From NCBI GenBank assembly GCA_950097015.1, contig CATNEN010000025.1, forward strand, positions 5,518,001 through 5,582,000: DNA of 64,000 bases, given 5' to 3'. Of the stretch, positions 1 to 15,000 are shown piece after piece. The position numbers and the translations under genes were made by a program. The first letter of the stretch is position 1; each line of letters begins with the position of its first letter. Origin of the DNA: Macrostomum hystrix. Its lineage: Eukaryota > Animalia > Platyhelminthes. The notes below the pieces were generated by a model, which had not been told where the DNA came from, searched no databases, and saw nothing but the letters and a program-made list of their open reading frames with translations.

Positions 1-3000
1 CCCCAAATCCTTCAGGGTGTGTGTTATCTACCCCAAATCCTACAGGGTGTGTGTTATCTACCCCCAAATCCTACAGGGTGTGTGTTATCTACCCCCAAAT
101 CCTACAGTGGTGTGTGTTATCTACCCCCAAATCCTACAGCGGTGTGTGTTATCTACCCCCAAATCCTACAGGGTGTGTGTTATCTACCCCCAAATCCTAC
201 AGCGGTGTGTGTTATCTACCCCCAAATTCTACAGCGGTGTGTGTTATCTACCCCCAAATCCTACAGCGGTGTGTGTTATCTACCCCAATCCTACATGGTG
301 TGTGTTATATCCTACCCAAATCCTACAGGGTGTGTGTTATATCCTTCCCAAATCCTACAGTGGTGTGTCATCTACCCCCAAATCCTACAGGGTGTGTGTT
401 ATATCCTACCCAAATCCTACAGTGGTGTGTCATCTACCCCCAAATCCTACAGGGTGTGTGTTATATCCTACCCAAATCCTACAGTGGTGTGTCATCTACC
501 CCCAAATCCTACAGGGTGTGTGTTATCTACCCCCAAATCCTACAGGGTGTGTGTTATCTCCCCCCAAATCCTACAGGGTGTGTGTTATCTACCCCCAAAT
601 CCTACAGGGTGTGTGTTATCTACCCCCAAATCCTACAGGGTGTGTGTTATCTACCCCCAAATCCTACAGGGTGTGTGTTATCTCCCCCCAAATCCTACAG
701 GGTGTGTGTTATCTACCCCCAAATCCTACAGGGTGTGTGTTATCTACCCCCAAATCCTACAGGGTGTGTGTTATCTCCCCCCAAATCCTACAGGGTGTGT
801 GTTATCTACCCCCAAATCCTACAGGGTGTGTGTAATCTCCCCCAAATCCTACAGGGTGTGTGTTATCTACCCCCAAATCCTACAGGGTGTGTGTTATGTA
901 CCCCCAAATCCTACAGGGTGTGTGTTATCTACCCCCAAATCCTACAGTGGTGTGTGTTATCTACCCCCAAATCCTACAGCGGTGTGTGTTATCTACCCCC
1001 AAATCCTACAGGGTGTGTGTTATCTACCCCCAAATCCTACAGGGTGTGTGTTATCTACCCCCAAATCCTACAGTGGTGTGTGTTATCTACCCCCAAATCC
1101 TACTGGGTGTGTGTTATCTACCCCCAAATCCTACTGGGTGTGTGTTATCTACCCCCAAATCCTACTGGGTGTGTGTTATCTACCCCCAAATCCTACAGGG
1201 TGTGTGTTATCTACCCCCAAATCCTACAGGGTGTGTGTTATATCCTACCCAAATCCTACAGGGTGTGTGTTATCTACCCCCAAATCCTACAGGGTGTGTG
1301 TTATCTACCCCCAAATCCTACTGGGTGTGTGTTATCTACCCCCAAATCCTACAGGGTGTGTGTTATCTACCCCCAAATCCTACTGGGTGTGTGTTATCTA
1401 CCCCCAAATCCTACAGGGTGTGTGTTATCTACCCCCAAATCCTACAGGGTGTGTGTTATCTACCCCCAAATCCTACAGGGTGTGTGTTATCTCCCCCCAA
1501 ATCCTACAGGGTGTGTGTTATCTACCCCCAAATCCTACAGGGTGTGTGTTATCTCCCCCAAATCCTACAGGGTGTGTGTTATCTACCCCCAAATCCTACA
1601 GGGTGTGTGTTATCTACCCCCAAATCCTACAGTGGTGTGTGTTTTCTACCCCCAAATCCTACAGCGGTGTGTGTTATCTACCCCCAAATCCTACAGGGTG
1701 TGTGTTATCTACCCCCAAATCCTACAGGGTGTGTGTTATCTACCCCCAAATCCTACAGTGGTGTGTGTTATCTACCCTCAAATCCTACTGGGTGTGTGTT
1801 ATCTACCCCCAAATCCTACTGGGTGTGTGTTATCTACCCCCAAATCCTACTGGGTGTGTGTTATCTACCCCCAAATCCTACTGGGTGTGTGTCATCTACC
1901 CCCAAATCCTACTGGGTGTGTGTTATCTACCCCCAAATCCTACTGGGTGTGTGTTATCTACCCCCAAATCCTACTGGGTGTGTGTTATCTACCCCCAAAT
2001 CCTACTGGGTGTGTGTCATCTACCCCCAAATCCTACTGGGTGTGTGTTATCTACCCCCAAATCCTACAGGGTGTGTGTTATCTACCCCCAAATCCTACTG
2101 GGTGTGTGTTATCTATCCCCAAATCCTACAGGGTGTGTGTTATCTACCCCCAAATCCTACAGGGTGTGTGTTATATCCTACCCAAATCCTACAGGGTGTG
2201 TGTTATCTACCCCCAAATCCTACAGGGTGTGTGTTATCTACCCCCAAATCCTACTGGGTGTGTGTTATCTACCCCCAAATCCTACAGGGTGTGTGTTATC
2301 TACCCCCAAATCCTACTGGGTGTGTGTTATCTACCCCCAAATCCTACAGGGTGTGTGTTATCTACCCCCAAATCCTACAGGGTGTGTGTTATATCCTACC
2401 CAAATCCTACAGGGTGTGTGTTATCTACCCCCAAATCCTACAGGGTGTGTGTTATCTACCCCCAAATCCTACTGGTGTGTGTTATCTACCCCCAAATCCT
2501 ACAGGGTGTGTGTTATCTACCCCCAAATCCTACAGGGTGTGTGTTATATCCTACCCAAATCCTACAGGGTGTGTGTTATCTACCCCCAAATCCTACAGGG
2601 TGTGTGTTATCTCCCCCCAAATCCTACTGGGTGTGTGTTATCTACCCCCAAATCCTACAGGGTGTGTGTTATCTACCCCCAAATCCTACTGGGTGTGTGT
2701 TATCTACCCCCAAATCCTACAGTGGTGTGTTATCTACCCCCAAATCCTACAGGGTGTGTGTTATCTACCCCCAAATCCTACAGGGTGTGTGTTATCTACC
2801 CCCAAATCCTACAGGGTGTGTGTTATCTACCCCCAAATCCTACAGTGGTGTGTGTTATCTACCCCCAAATCCTACAGCGGTGTGTGTTATCTACCCCCAA
2901 ATCCTACAGGGTGTGTGTTATCTACCCCCAAATCCTACAGGGTGTGTGTTATCTACCCCCAAATCCTACAGTGGTGTGTGTTATCTACCCCCAAATCCTA

Positions 3001-6000
3001 CTGGGTGTGTGTTATCTACCCCCAAATCCTACTTGGTGTGTGTTATCTACCCCCAAATCCTACTGGGTGTGTGTTATCTACCCCCAAATCCTACTGGGTG
3101 TGTGTCATCTACCCCCAAATCCTACTGGGTGTGTGTTATCTACCCCCAAATCCTACTGGGTGTGTGTTATCTACCCCAAATCCTACTGGGTGTGTGTTAT
3201 CTACCCCCAAATCCTACTGGGTGTGTGTCATCTACCCCCAAATCCTACTGGGTGTGTGTTATCTACCCCCAAATCCTACAGGGTGTGTGTTATCTACCCC
3301 CAAATCCTACTGGGTGTGTGTTATCTACCCCCAAATCCTACAGGGTGTGTGTTATCTACCCCCAAATCCTACAGGGTGTGTGTTATATCCTACCCAAATC
3401 CTACAGGGTGTGTGTTATCTACCCCCAAATCCTACAGGGTGTGTGTTATCTACCCCCAAATCCTACTGGGTGTGTGTTATCTACCCCCAAATCCTACAGG
3501 GTGTGTGTTATCTACCCCCAAATCCTACTGGGTGTGTGTTATCTACCCCCAAATCCTACAGGGTGTGTGTTATCTACCCCCAAATCCTACAGGGTGTGTG
3601 TTATATCCTACCCAAATCCTACAGGGTGTGTGTTATCTACCCCCAAATCCTACAGGGTGTGTGTTATCTACCCCCAAATCCTACTGGGTGTGTGTTATCT
3701 ACCCCCAAATCCTACAGGGTGTGTGTTATCTACCCCCAAATCCTACAGGGTGTGTGTTATATCCTACCCAAATCCTACAGGGTGTGTGTTATCTACCCCC
3801 AAATCCTACAGGGTGTGTGTTATCTACCCCCAAATCCTACTGGGTGTGTGTTATCTACCCCCAAATCCTACAGCGGTGTGTGTTATCTACCCCCAAATTC
3901 TACAGCGGTGTGTGTTATCTACCCCCAAATCCTACAGCGGTGTGTGTTATCTACCCCAATCCTACATGGTGTGTGTTATATCCTACCCAAATCCTACAGG
4001 GTGTGTGTTATATCCTTCCCAAATCCTACAGTGGTGTGTCATCTACCCCCAAATCCTACAGGGTGTGTGTTATATCCTACCCAAATCCTACAGTGGTGTG
4101 TCATCTACCCCCAAATCCTACAGGGTGTGTGTTATATCCTACCCAAATCCTACAGTGGTGTGTCATCTACCCCCAAATCCTACAGGGTGTGTGTTATCTA
4201 CCCCCAAATCCTACAGGGTGTGTGTTATCTCCCCCCAAATCCTACAGGGTGTGTGTTATCTACCCCCAAATCCTACAGGGTGTGTGTTATCTACCCCCAA
4301 ATCCTACAGGGTGTGTGTTATCTACCCCCAAATCCTACAGGGTGTGTGTTATCTCCCCCCAAATCCTACAGGGTGTGTGTTATCTACCCCCAAATCCTAC
4401 AGGGTGTGTGTTATCTACCCCCAAATCCTACAGGGTGTGTGTTATCTCCCCCCAAATCCTACAGGGTGTGTGTTATCTACCCCCAAATCCTACAGGGTGT
4501 GTGTAATCTCCCCCAAATCCTACAGGGTGTGTGTTATCTACCCCCAAATCCTACAGGGTGTGTGTTATCTACCCCCAAATCCTACAGGGTGTGTGTTATC
4601 TACCCCCAAATCCTACAGTGGTGTGTGTTATCTACCCCCAAATCCTACAGCGGTGTGTGTTATCTACCCCCAAATCCTACAGGGTGTGTGTTATCTACCC
4701 CCAAATCCTACAGGGTGTGTGTTATCTACCCCCAAATCCTACAGTGGTGTGTGTTATCTACCCCCAAATCCTACTGGGTGTGTGTTATCTACCCCCAAAT
4801 CCTACTGGGTGTGTGTTATCTACCCCCAAATCCTACTGGGTGTGTGTTATCTACCCCCAAATCCTACAGGGTGTGTGTTATCTACCCCCAAATCCTACAG
4901 GGTGTGTGTTATATCCTACCCAAATCCTACAGGGTGTGTGTTATCTACCCCCAAATCCTACAGGGTGTGTGTTATCTACCCCCAAATCCTACTGGGTGTG
5001 TGTTATCTACCCCCAAATCCTACAGGGTGTGTGTTATCTACCCCCAAATCCTACTGGGTGTGTGTTATCTACCCCCAAATCCTACAGGGTGTGTGTTATC
5101 TACCCCCAAATCCTACAGGGTGTGTGTTATCTACCCCCAAATCCTACAGGGTGTGTGTTATCTCCCCCCAAATCCTACAGGGTGTGTGTTATCTACCCCC
5201 AAATCCTACAGGGTGTGTGTTATCTCCCCCAAATCCTACAGGGTGTGTGTTATCTACCCCCAAATCCTACAGGGTGTGTGTTATCTACCCCCAAATCCTA
5301 CAGTGGTGTGTGTTATCTACCCCCAAATCCTACAGCGGTGTGTGTTATCTACCCCCAAATCCTACAGGGTGTGTGTTATCTACCCCCAAATCCTACAGGG
5401 TGTGTGTTATCTACCCCCAAATCCTACAGTGGTGTGTGTTATCTACCCTCAAATCCTACTGGGTGTGTGTTATCTACCCCCAAATTCTACTGGGTGTGTG
5501 TTATCTACCCCCAAATCCTACTGGGTGTGTGTTATCTACCCCCAAATCCTACTGGGTGTGTGTCATCTACCCCCAAATCCTACTGGGTGTGTGTTATCTA
5601 CCCCCAAATCCTACTGGGTGTGTGTTATCTACCCCCAAATCCTACTGGGTGTGTGTTATCTACCCCCAAATCCTACTGGGTGTGTGTCATCTACCCCCAA
5701 ATCCTACTGGGTGTGTGTTATCTACCCCCAAATCCTACAGGGTGTGTGTTATCTACCCCCAAATCCTACTGGGTGTGTGTTATCTATCCCCAAATCCTAC
5801 AGGGTGTGTGTTATCTACCCCCAAATCCTACAGGGTGTGTGTTATATCCTACCCAAATCCTACAGGGTGTGTGTTATCTACCCCCAAATCCTACAGGGTG
5901 TGTGTTATCTACCCCCAAATCCTACTGGGTGTGTGTTATCTACCCCCAAATCCTACAGGGTGTGTGTTATCTACCCCCAAATCCTACTGGGTGTGTGTTA

Positions 6001-7727
6001 TCTACCCCCAAATCCTACAGGGTGTGTGTTATCTACCCCCAAATCCTACAGGGTGTGTGTTATATCCTACCCAAATCCTACAGGGTGTGTGTTATCTACC
6101 CCCAAATCCTACAGGGTGTGTGTTATCTACCCCCAAATCCTACTGGTGTGTGTTATCTACCCCCAAATCCTACAGGGTGTGTGTTATCTACCCCCAAATC
6201 CTACAGGGTGTGTGTTATATCCTACCCAAATCCTACAGGGTGTGTGTTATCTACCCCCAAATCCTACAGGGTGTGTGTTATCTCCCCCCAAATCCTACTG
6301 GGTGTGTGTTATCTACCCCCAAATCCTACAGGGTGTGTGTTATCTACCCCCAAATCCTACTGGGTGTGTGTTATCTACCCCCAAATCCTACAGTGGTGTG
6401 TTATCTACCCCCAAATCCTACAGGGTGTGTGTTATCTACCCCCAAATCCTACAGGGTGTGTGTTATCTACCCCCAAATCCTACAGGGTGTGTGTTATCTA
6501 CCCCCAAATCCTACAGTGGTGTGTGTTATCTACCCCCAAATCCTACAGCGGTGTGTGTTATCTACCCCCAAATCCTACAGGGTGTGTGTTATCTACCCCC
6601 AAATCCTACAGGGTGTGTGTTATCTACCCCCAAATCCTACAGTGGTGTGTGTTATCTACCCCCAAATCCTACTGGGTGTGTGTTATCTACCCCCAAATCC
6701 TACTTGGTGTGTGTTATCTACCCCCAAATCCTACTGGGTGTGTGTTATCTACCCCCAAATCCTACTGGGTGTGTGTCATCTACCCCCAAATCCTACTGGG
6801 TGTGTGTTATCTACCCCCAAATCCTACTGGGTGTGTGTTATCTACCCCAAATCCTACTGGGTGTGTGTTATCTACCCCCAAATCCTACTGGGTGTGTGTC
6901 ATCTACCCCCAAATCCTACTGGGTGTGTGTTATCTACCCCCAAATCCTACAGGGTGTGTGTTATCTACCCCCAAATCCTACTGGGTGTGTGTTATCTACC
7001 CCCAAATCCTACAGGGTGTGTGTTATCTACCCCCAAATCCTACAGGGTGTGTGTTATATCCTACCCAAATCCTACAGGGTGTGTGTTATCTACCCCCAAA
7101 TCCTACAGGGTGTGTGTTATCTACCCCCAAATCCTACTGGGTGTGTGTTATCTACCCCCAAATCCTACAGGGTGTGTGTTATCTACCCCCAAATCCTACT
7201 GGGTGTGTGTTATCTACCCCCAAATCCTACAGGGTGTGTGTTATCTACCCCCAAATCCTACAGGGTGTGTGTTATATCCTACCCAAATCCTACAGGGTGT
7301 GTGTTATCTACCCCCAAATCCTACAGGGTGTGTGTTATCTACCCCCAAATCCTACTGGGTGTGTGTTATCTACCCCCAAATCCTACAGGGTGTGTGTTAT
7401 CTACCCCCAAATCCTACAGGGTGTGTGTTATATCCTACCCAAATCCTACAGTGGTGTGTCATCTACCCCCAAATCCTACAGGGTGTGTGTTATATCCTAC
7501 CCAAATCCTACTGGGTGTGTGTTATCTACCCCCAAATCCTACAGGGTGTGTGTTATCTACCCCCAAATCCTACTGGGTGTGTGTTATCTACCCCCAAATC
7601 CTACAGTGGTGTGTTATATACCCCCAAATCCTACAGGGTGTGTGTTATCTACCCCCAAATCCTACAGGGTGTGTGTTATCTACCCCCAAATCCTACTGGG
7701 TGTGTGTTATCTACCCCCAAATCCTAG
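1..7727. repeat. 31-bp satellite (ACCCCCAAATCCTACAGGGTGTGTGTTATCT)n with a 3,671-bp higher-order repeat; truncated at window start
   Basis: 31-bp period read directly (CCCCC at 61 and 92). Rare variants recur at +3671 (AAATTC 224/3895, TGTAATCTC 831/4502, ACTTGG 3031/6702). Confidence 0.98.
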
Positions 7728-8160
7728 CATCTAAAAAAGAATCGTTTTTGTGGACACTACTTTTCACAGACACTACTTTTAGTAGCAAGTTGAAGGCTTG
7801 GAAGTGCTTAACAAACAAACCATTGCCTCATTATTAGATTGTGTGCAACAATTGACACTGAAAAGATTGCAGTCAGATTTTTTCCGTAACCTAACCTCAA
7901 AGAAAGGAAAAAAATCGACAATCATGGACGTGTGGGATTAAGGAAGAGGATTTAGGTAACTCTGCGATCACCCGCTGTGCCGGACACGGCCCTAGCCAGA
8001 ATTATTTCTAAAATGAATACCTGTCTGCAGCCCCACTGCTTGCAAGTCTATGTTAGTGTGCTTAATCCAGACTGTTAATTACACATTACTTAACTGCTTA
8101 ATTTGAACCTTTAATTAAACTAAAATTGTATATTGCATTATTATTAATACCAATTTTTTT

Positions 8161-8385
8161 ACACCTGCCCAGATTGGGCAGCCGACAGCACAGCCGCAGC
8201 TATTGCGGCTGTTCAGTCCATGGACTGGGGGGACGCCACACCCAACCTCAATTACCCCAGCTAATGCTGGTACCAATTTAACAGTTGGGTAAAGCGTCTT
8301 GCTAAAAGGCACAAATTGTTCCAGAGGAGTCGGGAATCGAACCCCCGACCTTCAAGTTGTGAGTCCAACGCTCCTATCAAAAGGC
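8161..8385 (-). mobile_element. tRNA-derived SINE, family A (CORE-like body)
   Basis: Minus strand reads GGAGCGTTGGACTCACAACTTGAAGGTCGGGGGTTCGATTCCCG (B box), then TGTGCCTTTTAGCAAGACGCTTTACC...TGGTACCAGC, resembling the CORE-SINE domain. Homologous copies at 26648, 43096, 48150 and 58850. Confidence 0.75.
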
Positions 8386-9060
8386 CTTAACTCCTATTAA
8401 AACAATAAAATTTGAAGTATATATAATTATCTTGCAAACCAAACCTTGTCCTATCACATGTCTTCAATCTAACCTTTAACAGTAGACCATGTTGTGTATT
8501 TTAAGTATTATATACCATGTATTATATACCATCCTAAGAGAAAAGGCGGATTCACACTTTCCTCTAGAAGCAAGAATGAAAAGAAAACCAACGCCCATTG
8601 GGGCGATTATGAAGAGGCTCCAGCAGAGCAGAAAAAACTGATTTCTGCTTCAAGACTGCGAGTGTAATAGGGGTGTAACCGTAGAAAATAATAGAAACCT
8701 ATACTGACTGTGTGTCCGGGTAAGAAAGAGCGCGCTGAACCCAAGACTTGGGGGCGGCGTTGGTGATGATGCCTTAAACTAACCTGACTGGCTAACGGCT
8801 AACCTACATCTGACCAGCACAGCAGATAAACTATTATTCTAAGACCTAGACACAATTATTCACTAGAGCCGTGTAAGTGTTAGAGACACGCACACCTGTG
8901 CCCGCATCGTTAGCCCATCGGAATAGCATTGCTGTTTCGTTAGGTTTGCTATTTCTTAGAAGGCCTTATAACCTAACAAAAGCTAAGAAAATGGTGTGGT
9001 TAGCTAGATATATTTGGGAACGTGCGTCAACTTCAGAACCAGGCCAGAACTGAATCTAGG

Positions 9061-12000
9061 CTCCCACAATCTCTCATTCTCCCACCATCTCTCATTCTCC
9101 CACCATCTCTCATTCTCCCACCATCTCTCATTCTCCCACCATTTCTCATTCTCCCACCATCTCTCATTCTCTCACAATCTCTCATTCTCCCACAATCTCT
9201 CATTCTCCCACAATCTCTCATTCTCCCACAATCTCTCATTTTTCCACCATCTCTCATTCTCCCACAATCTCTCATTTTTCCACCATCTCTCATTCTCCCA
9301 CAATCTCTCATTTTTCCACCATCTCTCATTCTCCCACAATGTATCCTTCTCCCACAATGTATCCTTCTCCCACAAGCTCTCATTTTCCCACAATCTCTCA
9401 TTCTCCCACCATCTCTCATTCTCCCACGATCTCTCATTTTCCCACAATCTCTCATTCTCCCACAATCTCTCATTCTCCCACCATCTCTCATTCTCCCACA
9501 ATGTATCCTTCTCCCACAATGTATCCTTCTCCCACAATCTCTCATTCTCCCACCATCTCTCATTCTCCCACCATCTCTCATTCTCCCACAATCTCTCATT
9601 CTCCCATAATCTCTCATTCTCCCACCATCTCTCATTCTCCCACAATCTCTCATTCTCCCACAATCTCTCATTCTCCCACAATCTCTCATTCTCCCACCAT
9701 CTCTCATTCTCCCACCATCTCTCATTCTCCCACCATCTCTCATTCTCCCACCATCTCTCATTCTCCCACAATCTCTCATTCTCCCACCATCTCTCATTCT
9801 CCCACAATCTCTCATTCTCCCACCATCTCTCATTCTCCCACCATCTCTCATTCTCCCACCATCTCTCATTCTCCCACAATCTCTCATTCTCCCACCATCT
9901 CTCATTCTCCCACCATCTCTCATTCTCCCACCATCTCTCATTCTCCCACCATCTCTCATTCTCCCATAATCTCTCATTCTCCCACCATCTCTCATTCTCC
10001 CACAATCTCTCATTCTCCCACCATCTCTCATTCTCCCACAATCTCTCATTTTTCCACCATCTCTCATTCTCCCACAATGTATCCTTCTCCCACAATGTAT
10101 CCTTCTCCCACAAGCTCTTATTTTCCCACAATATCTCATTCTCCCACCATCTCTCATTCTCCCACGATCTCTCATTTTCCCACAATCTCTCATTCTCCCA
10201 CAATCTCTCATTCTCCCACCAACTCTCATTCTCCCACAATGTATCCTTCTCCCACAATCTCTCATTCTCCCACAATCTCTCATTCTCCCACAATCTCTCA
10301 TTCTCCCACCATCTCTCATTCTCCCACAATCTCTCATTCTCCCACAATGTATCCTTCTCCCACCATCTCTCATTCTCCCAAAATCTCTCATTCTCCCACC
10401 AACTCTCATTCTCCCACAATCTCTCATTCTCCCACAATCTCTCATTCTCCCACAATCTCTCATTCTCCCACAATCTCTCATTCTCCCACAATCTCTCATT
10501 CTCCCACCATCTCTCATTCTCCCACAATCTCTCATTCTCCCACCATCTCTCATTCTCCCACCATCTCTCATTCTCCCACAATCTCTCATTCTCCCACCAT
10601 CTCTCATTCTCCCACCATCTCTCATTCTCCCACCATCTCTCATTCTCCCACCATCTCTCATTCTCCCACCATCTCTCATTCTCCCAAAATCTCTCATTCT
10701 CTCACAATCTCTCATTCTCCCACAATCTCTCATTCTCCCACAATCTCTCATTCTCCCACCATCTCTCATTCTCCCACCATCTCTCATTCTCCCACCATCT
10801 CTCATTCTCTCACAATCTCTCATTCTCCCACAATCTCTCATTCTCCCACAATCTCTCATTCTCCCACAATCTCTCATTCTCCCACAATCTCTCATTCTCC
10901 CACAATGTATCCTTCTCCCACCACCTCTCATTCTCCCAAAATCTCTCATTCTCCCACCAACTCTCATTCTCCCACAATCTCTCATTCTCCCACAATCTCT
11001 CATTCTCCCACAATCTCTCATTCTCCCACAGTCTCTCATTTTCCCACCATTTCTCATTCTCCCACAATCTCTCATTCTCCCACAATCTCTCATTCTCCCA
11101 CAATCTTTCATTCTCCCACCATCTCTCATTCTCCCACAATCTCTCATTCTCCCAAAATCTCTCATTCTCCCACAATCTCTCATTCTCCCACAATCTCTCA
11201 TTCTCCCACAATCTCTCATTCTCCCACAATCTCTCATTCTCCCACAATCTCTCATTCTCCCACCATCTCTCATTCTCCCACCATCTCTCATTCTCCCACC
11301 ATCTCTCATTCTCTCACAATCTCTCATTCTCCCACAATCTCTCATTCTCCCACAATCTCTCATTCTCCCACAATGTATCCTTCTCCCACCATCTCTCATT
11401 CTCCCAAAATCTCTCATTCTCCCACCATCTCTCATTCTCCCACAATCTCTCATTCTCCCACAATCTCTCATTCTCCCACCATCTCTCATTCTCCCACCAT
11501 CTCTCATTCTCCCACAATCTCTCATTCTCCCACCAACTCTCATTCTCCCACAATGTATCCTTCTCCCACAATCTCTCATTCTCCCACAATCTCTCATTCT
11601 CCCACAATCTCTCATTCTTCCACCATCTCTCATTCTCCCACAATCTCTCATTCTCCCACAATGTATCCTTCTCCCACCATCTCTCATTCTCCCAAAATCT
11701 CTCATTCTCCCACCAACTCTCATTCTCCCACAATCTCTCATTCTCCCACAATCTCTCATTCTCCCACAATCTCTCATTCTCCCACAATCTCTCATTCTCC
11801 CACAATCTCTCATTCTCCCACCATCTCTCATTCTCCCACAATCTCTCATTCTCCCACCATCTCTCATTCTCCCACCATCTCTCATTCTCCCACAATCTCT
11901 CATTCTCCCACCATCTCTCATTCTCCCACCATCTCTCATTCTCCCACCATCTCTCATTCTCCCACCATCTCTCATTCTCCCACCATCTCTCATTCTCCCA

Positions 12001-15000
12001 AAATCTCTCATTCTCTCACAATCTCTCATTCTCCCACAATCTCTCATTCTCCCACAATCTCTCATTCTCCCACCATCTCTCATTCTCCCACCATCTCTCA
12101 TTCTCCCACCATCTCTCATTCTCTCACAATCTCTCATTCTCCCACAATCTCTCATTCTCCCACAATCTCTCATTCTCCCACAATCTCTCATTCTCCCACA
12201 ATCTCTCATTCTCCCACAATGTATCCTTCTCCCACCACCTCTCATTCTCCCAAAATCTCTCATTCTCCCACCAACTCTCATTCTCCCACAATCTCTCATT
12301 CTCCCACAATCTCTCATTCTCCCACAATCTCTCATTCTCCCACCATCTCTCATTCTCCCACCATCTCTCATTCTCCCACCATCTCTCATTCTCCCACAAT
12401 CTCTCATTCTCCCACCATCTCTCATTCTCCCACAATCTCTCATTCTCCCACCATCTCTCATTCTCCCACCATCTCTCATTCTCCCACCATCTCTCATTCT
12501 CCCACAATCTCTCATTCTCCCACCATCTCTCATTCTCCCACCATCTCTCATTCTCCCACCATCTCTCATTCTCCCACCATCTCTCATTCTCCCATAATCT
12601 CTCATTCTCCCACCATCTCTCATTCTCCCACAATCTCTCATTCTCCCACCATCTCTCATTCTCCCACAATCTCTCATTTTTCCACCATCTCTCATTCTCC
12701 CACAATGTATCCTTCTCCCACAATGTATCCTTCTCCCACAAGCTCTTATTTTCCCACAATATCTCATTCTCCCACCATCTCTCATTCTCCCACGATCTCT
12801 CATTTTCCCACAATCTCTCATTCTCCCACAATCTCTCATTCTCCCACCATCTCTCATTCTCCCACAATGTATCCTTCTCCCACAATGTATCCTTCTCCCA
12901 CAATCTCTCATTCTCCCACAATCTCTCATTCTCCCACCATCTCTCATTCTCCCACAATCTCTCATTCTCCCACAATCTCTCATTCTCCCACAGTCTCTCA
13001 TTTTCCCACCATTTCTCATTCTCCCACAATCTCTCATTCTCCCACAATCTCTCATTCTCCCACAATCTTTCATTCTCCCACCATCTCTCATTCTCCCACA
13101 ATCTCTCATTCTCCCAAAATCTCTCATTCTCCCACAATCTCTCATTCTCCCACAATCTCTCATTCTCCCACAATCTCTCATTCTCCCACAATCTCTCATT
13201 CTCCCACAATCTCTCATTCTCCCACCATCTCTCATTCTCCCACCATCTCTCATTCTCCCACCATCTCTCATTCTCTCACAATCTCTCATTCTTCCACAAT
13301 CTCTCATTCTCCCACAATCTCTCATTCTCCCACAATGTATCCTTCTCCCACCATCTCTCATTCTCCCAAAATCTCACATTCTCCCACCATCTCTCATTCT
13401 CCCACAATCTCTCATTCTCCCACAATCTCTCATTCTCCCACCATCTCTCATTCTCCCACCATCTCTCATTCTCCCACAATCTCTCATTCTCCCACCAACT
13501 CTCATTCTCCCACAATGTATCCTTCTCCCACAATCTCTCATTCTCCCACAATCTCTCATTCTCCCACAATCTCTCATTCTCCCACCATCTCTCATTCTCC
13601 CACAATCTCTCATTCTCCCACAATGTATCCTTCTCCCACCATCTCTCATTCTCCCAAAATCTCTCATTCTCCCACCAACTCTCATTCTCCCACAATCTCT
13701 CATTCTCCCACAATCTCTCATTCTCCCACAATCTCTCATTCTCCCACAATCTCTCATTCTCCCACAATCTCTCATTCTCCCACCATCTCTCATTCTCCCA
13801 CAATCTCTCATTCTCCCACCATCTCTCATTCTCCCACCATCTCTCATTCACCCACAATCTCTCATTCTCCCACAATCTCTCATTCTCCCACAATCTCTCA
13901 TTCTCCCACCATCTCTCATTCTCCCACAATCTCTCATTCTCCCACCATCTCTCATTCTCCCACCATCTCTCATTCTCCCACCATCTCTCATTCTCCCACC
14001 ATCTCTCATTCTCCCACCATCTCTCATTCTCCCAAAATCTCTCATTCTCTCACAATCTCTCATTCTCCCACAATCTCTCATTCTCCCACAATCTCTCATT
14101 CTCCCACCATCTCTCATTCTCCCACCATCTCTCATTCTCCCACCATCTCTCATTCTCTCACAATCTCTCATTCTCCCACAATCTCTCATTCTCCCACAAT
14201 CTCTCATTCTCCCACAATCTCTCATTCTCCCACAATCTCTCATTCTCCCACAATGTATCCTTCTCCCACCACCTCTCATTCTCCCAAAATCTCTCATTCT
14301 CCCACCAACTCTCATTCTCCCACAATCTCTCATTCTCCCACAATCTCTCATTCTCCCACAATCTCTCATTCTCCCACCATCTCTCATTCTCCCACAATCT
14401 CTCATTCTCCCACCAACTCTCATTCTCCCACAATGTATCCTTCTCCCACCAACTCTCATTCTCCCACAATGTATCCTTCTCCCACAATCTCTCATTCTCC
14501 CACAATCTCTCATTCTCCCACAATCTCTCATTCTCCCACAATCTCTCATTCTCCCACAATCTCTCATTCTCCCACAATCTCTCATTCTCCCACAATCTCT
14601 CATTCTCCCACCATCTCTCATTCTCCCACCATCTCTCATTCACCCACAATCTCTCATTCTCCCACAATCTCTCATTCTCCCACAATCTCTCATTCTCCCA
14701 CCATCTCTCATTCTCCCACAATCTCTCATTCTCCCACCATCTCTCATTCTCCCACCATCTCTCATTCTCCCACCATCTCTCATTCTCCCACCATCTCTCA
14801 TTCTCCCACCATCTCTCTTTCTCCCAAAATCTCTCATTCTCTCACAATCTCTCATTCTCCCACAATCTCTCATTCTCCCACAATCTCTCATTCTCCCACC
14901 ATCTCTCATTCTCCCACCATCTCTCATTCTCCCACCATCTCTCATTCTCTCACAATCTCTCATTCTCCCACAATCTCTCATTCTCCCACAATCTCTCATT

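Noticed and set aside
17-7837. Giant Cys/Pro/Val-rich ORFs (up to 2568 aa) in all plus frames
   Set aside because: The 31-bp monomer has no plus-strand stop and cycles through all three frames. All frames give the same peptide, which is the signature of a satellite rather than a gene.
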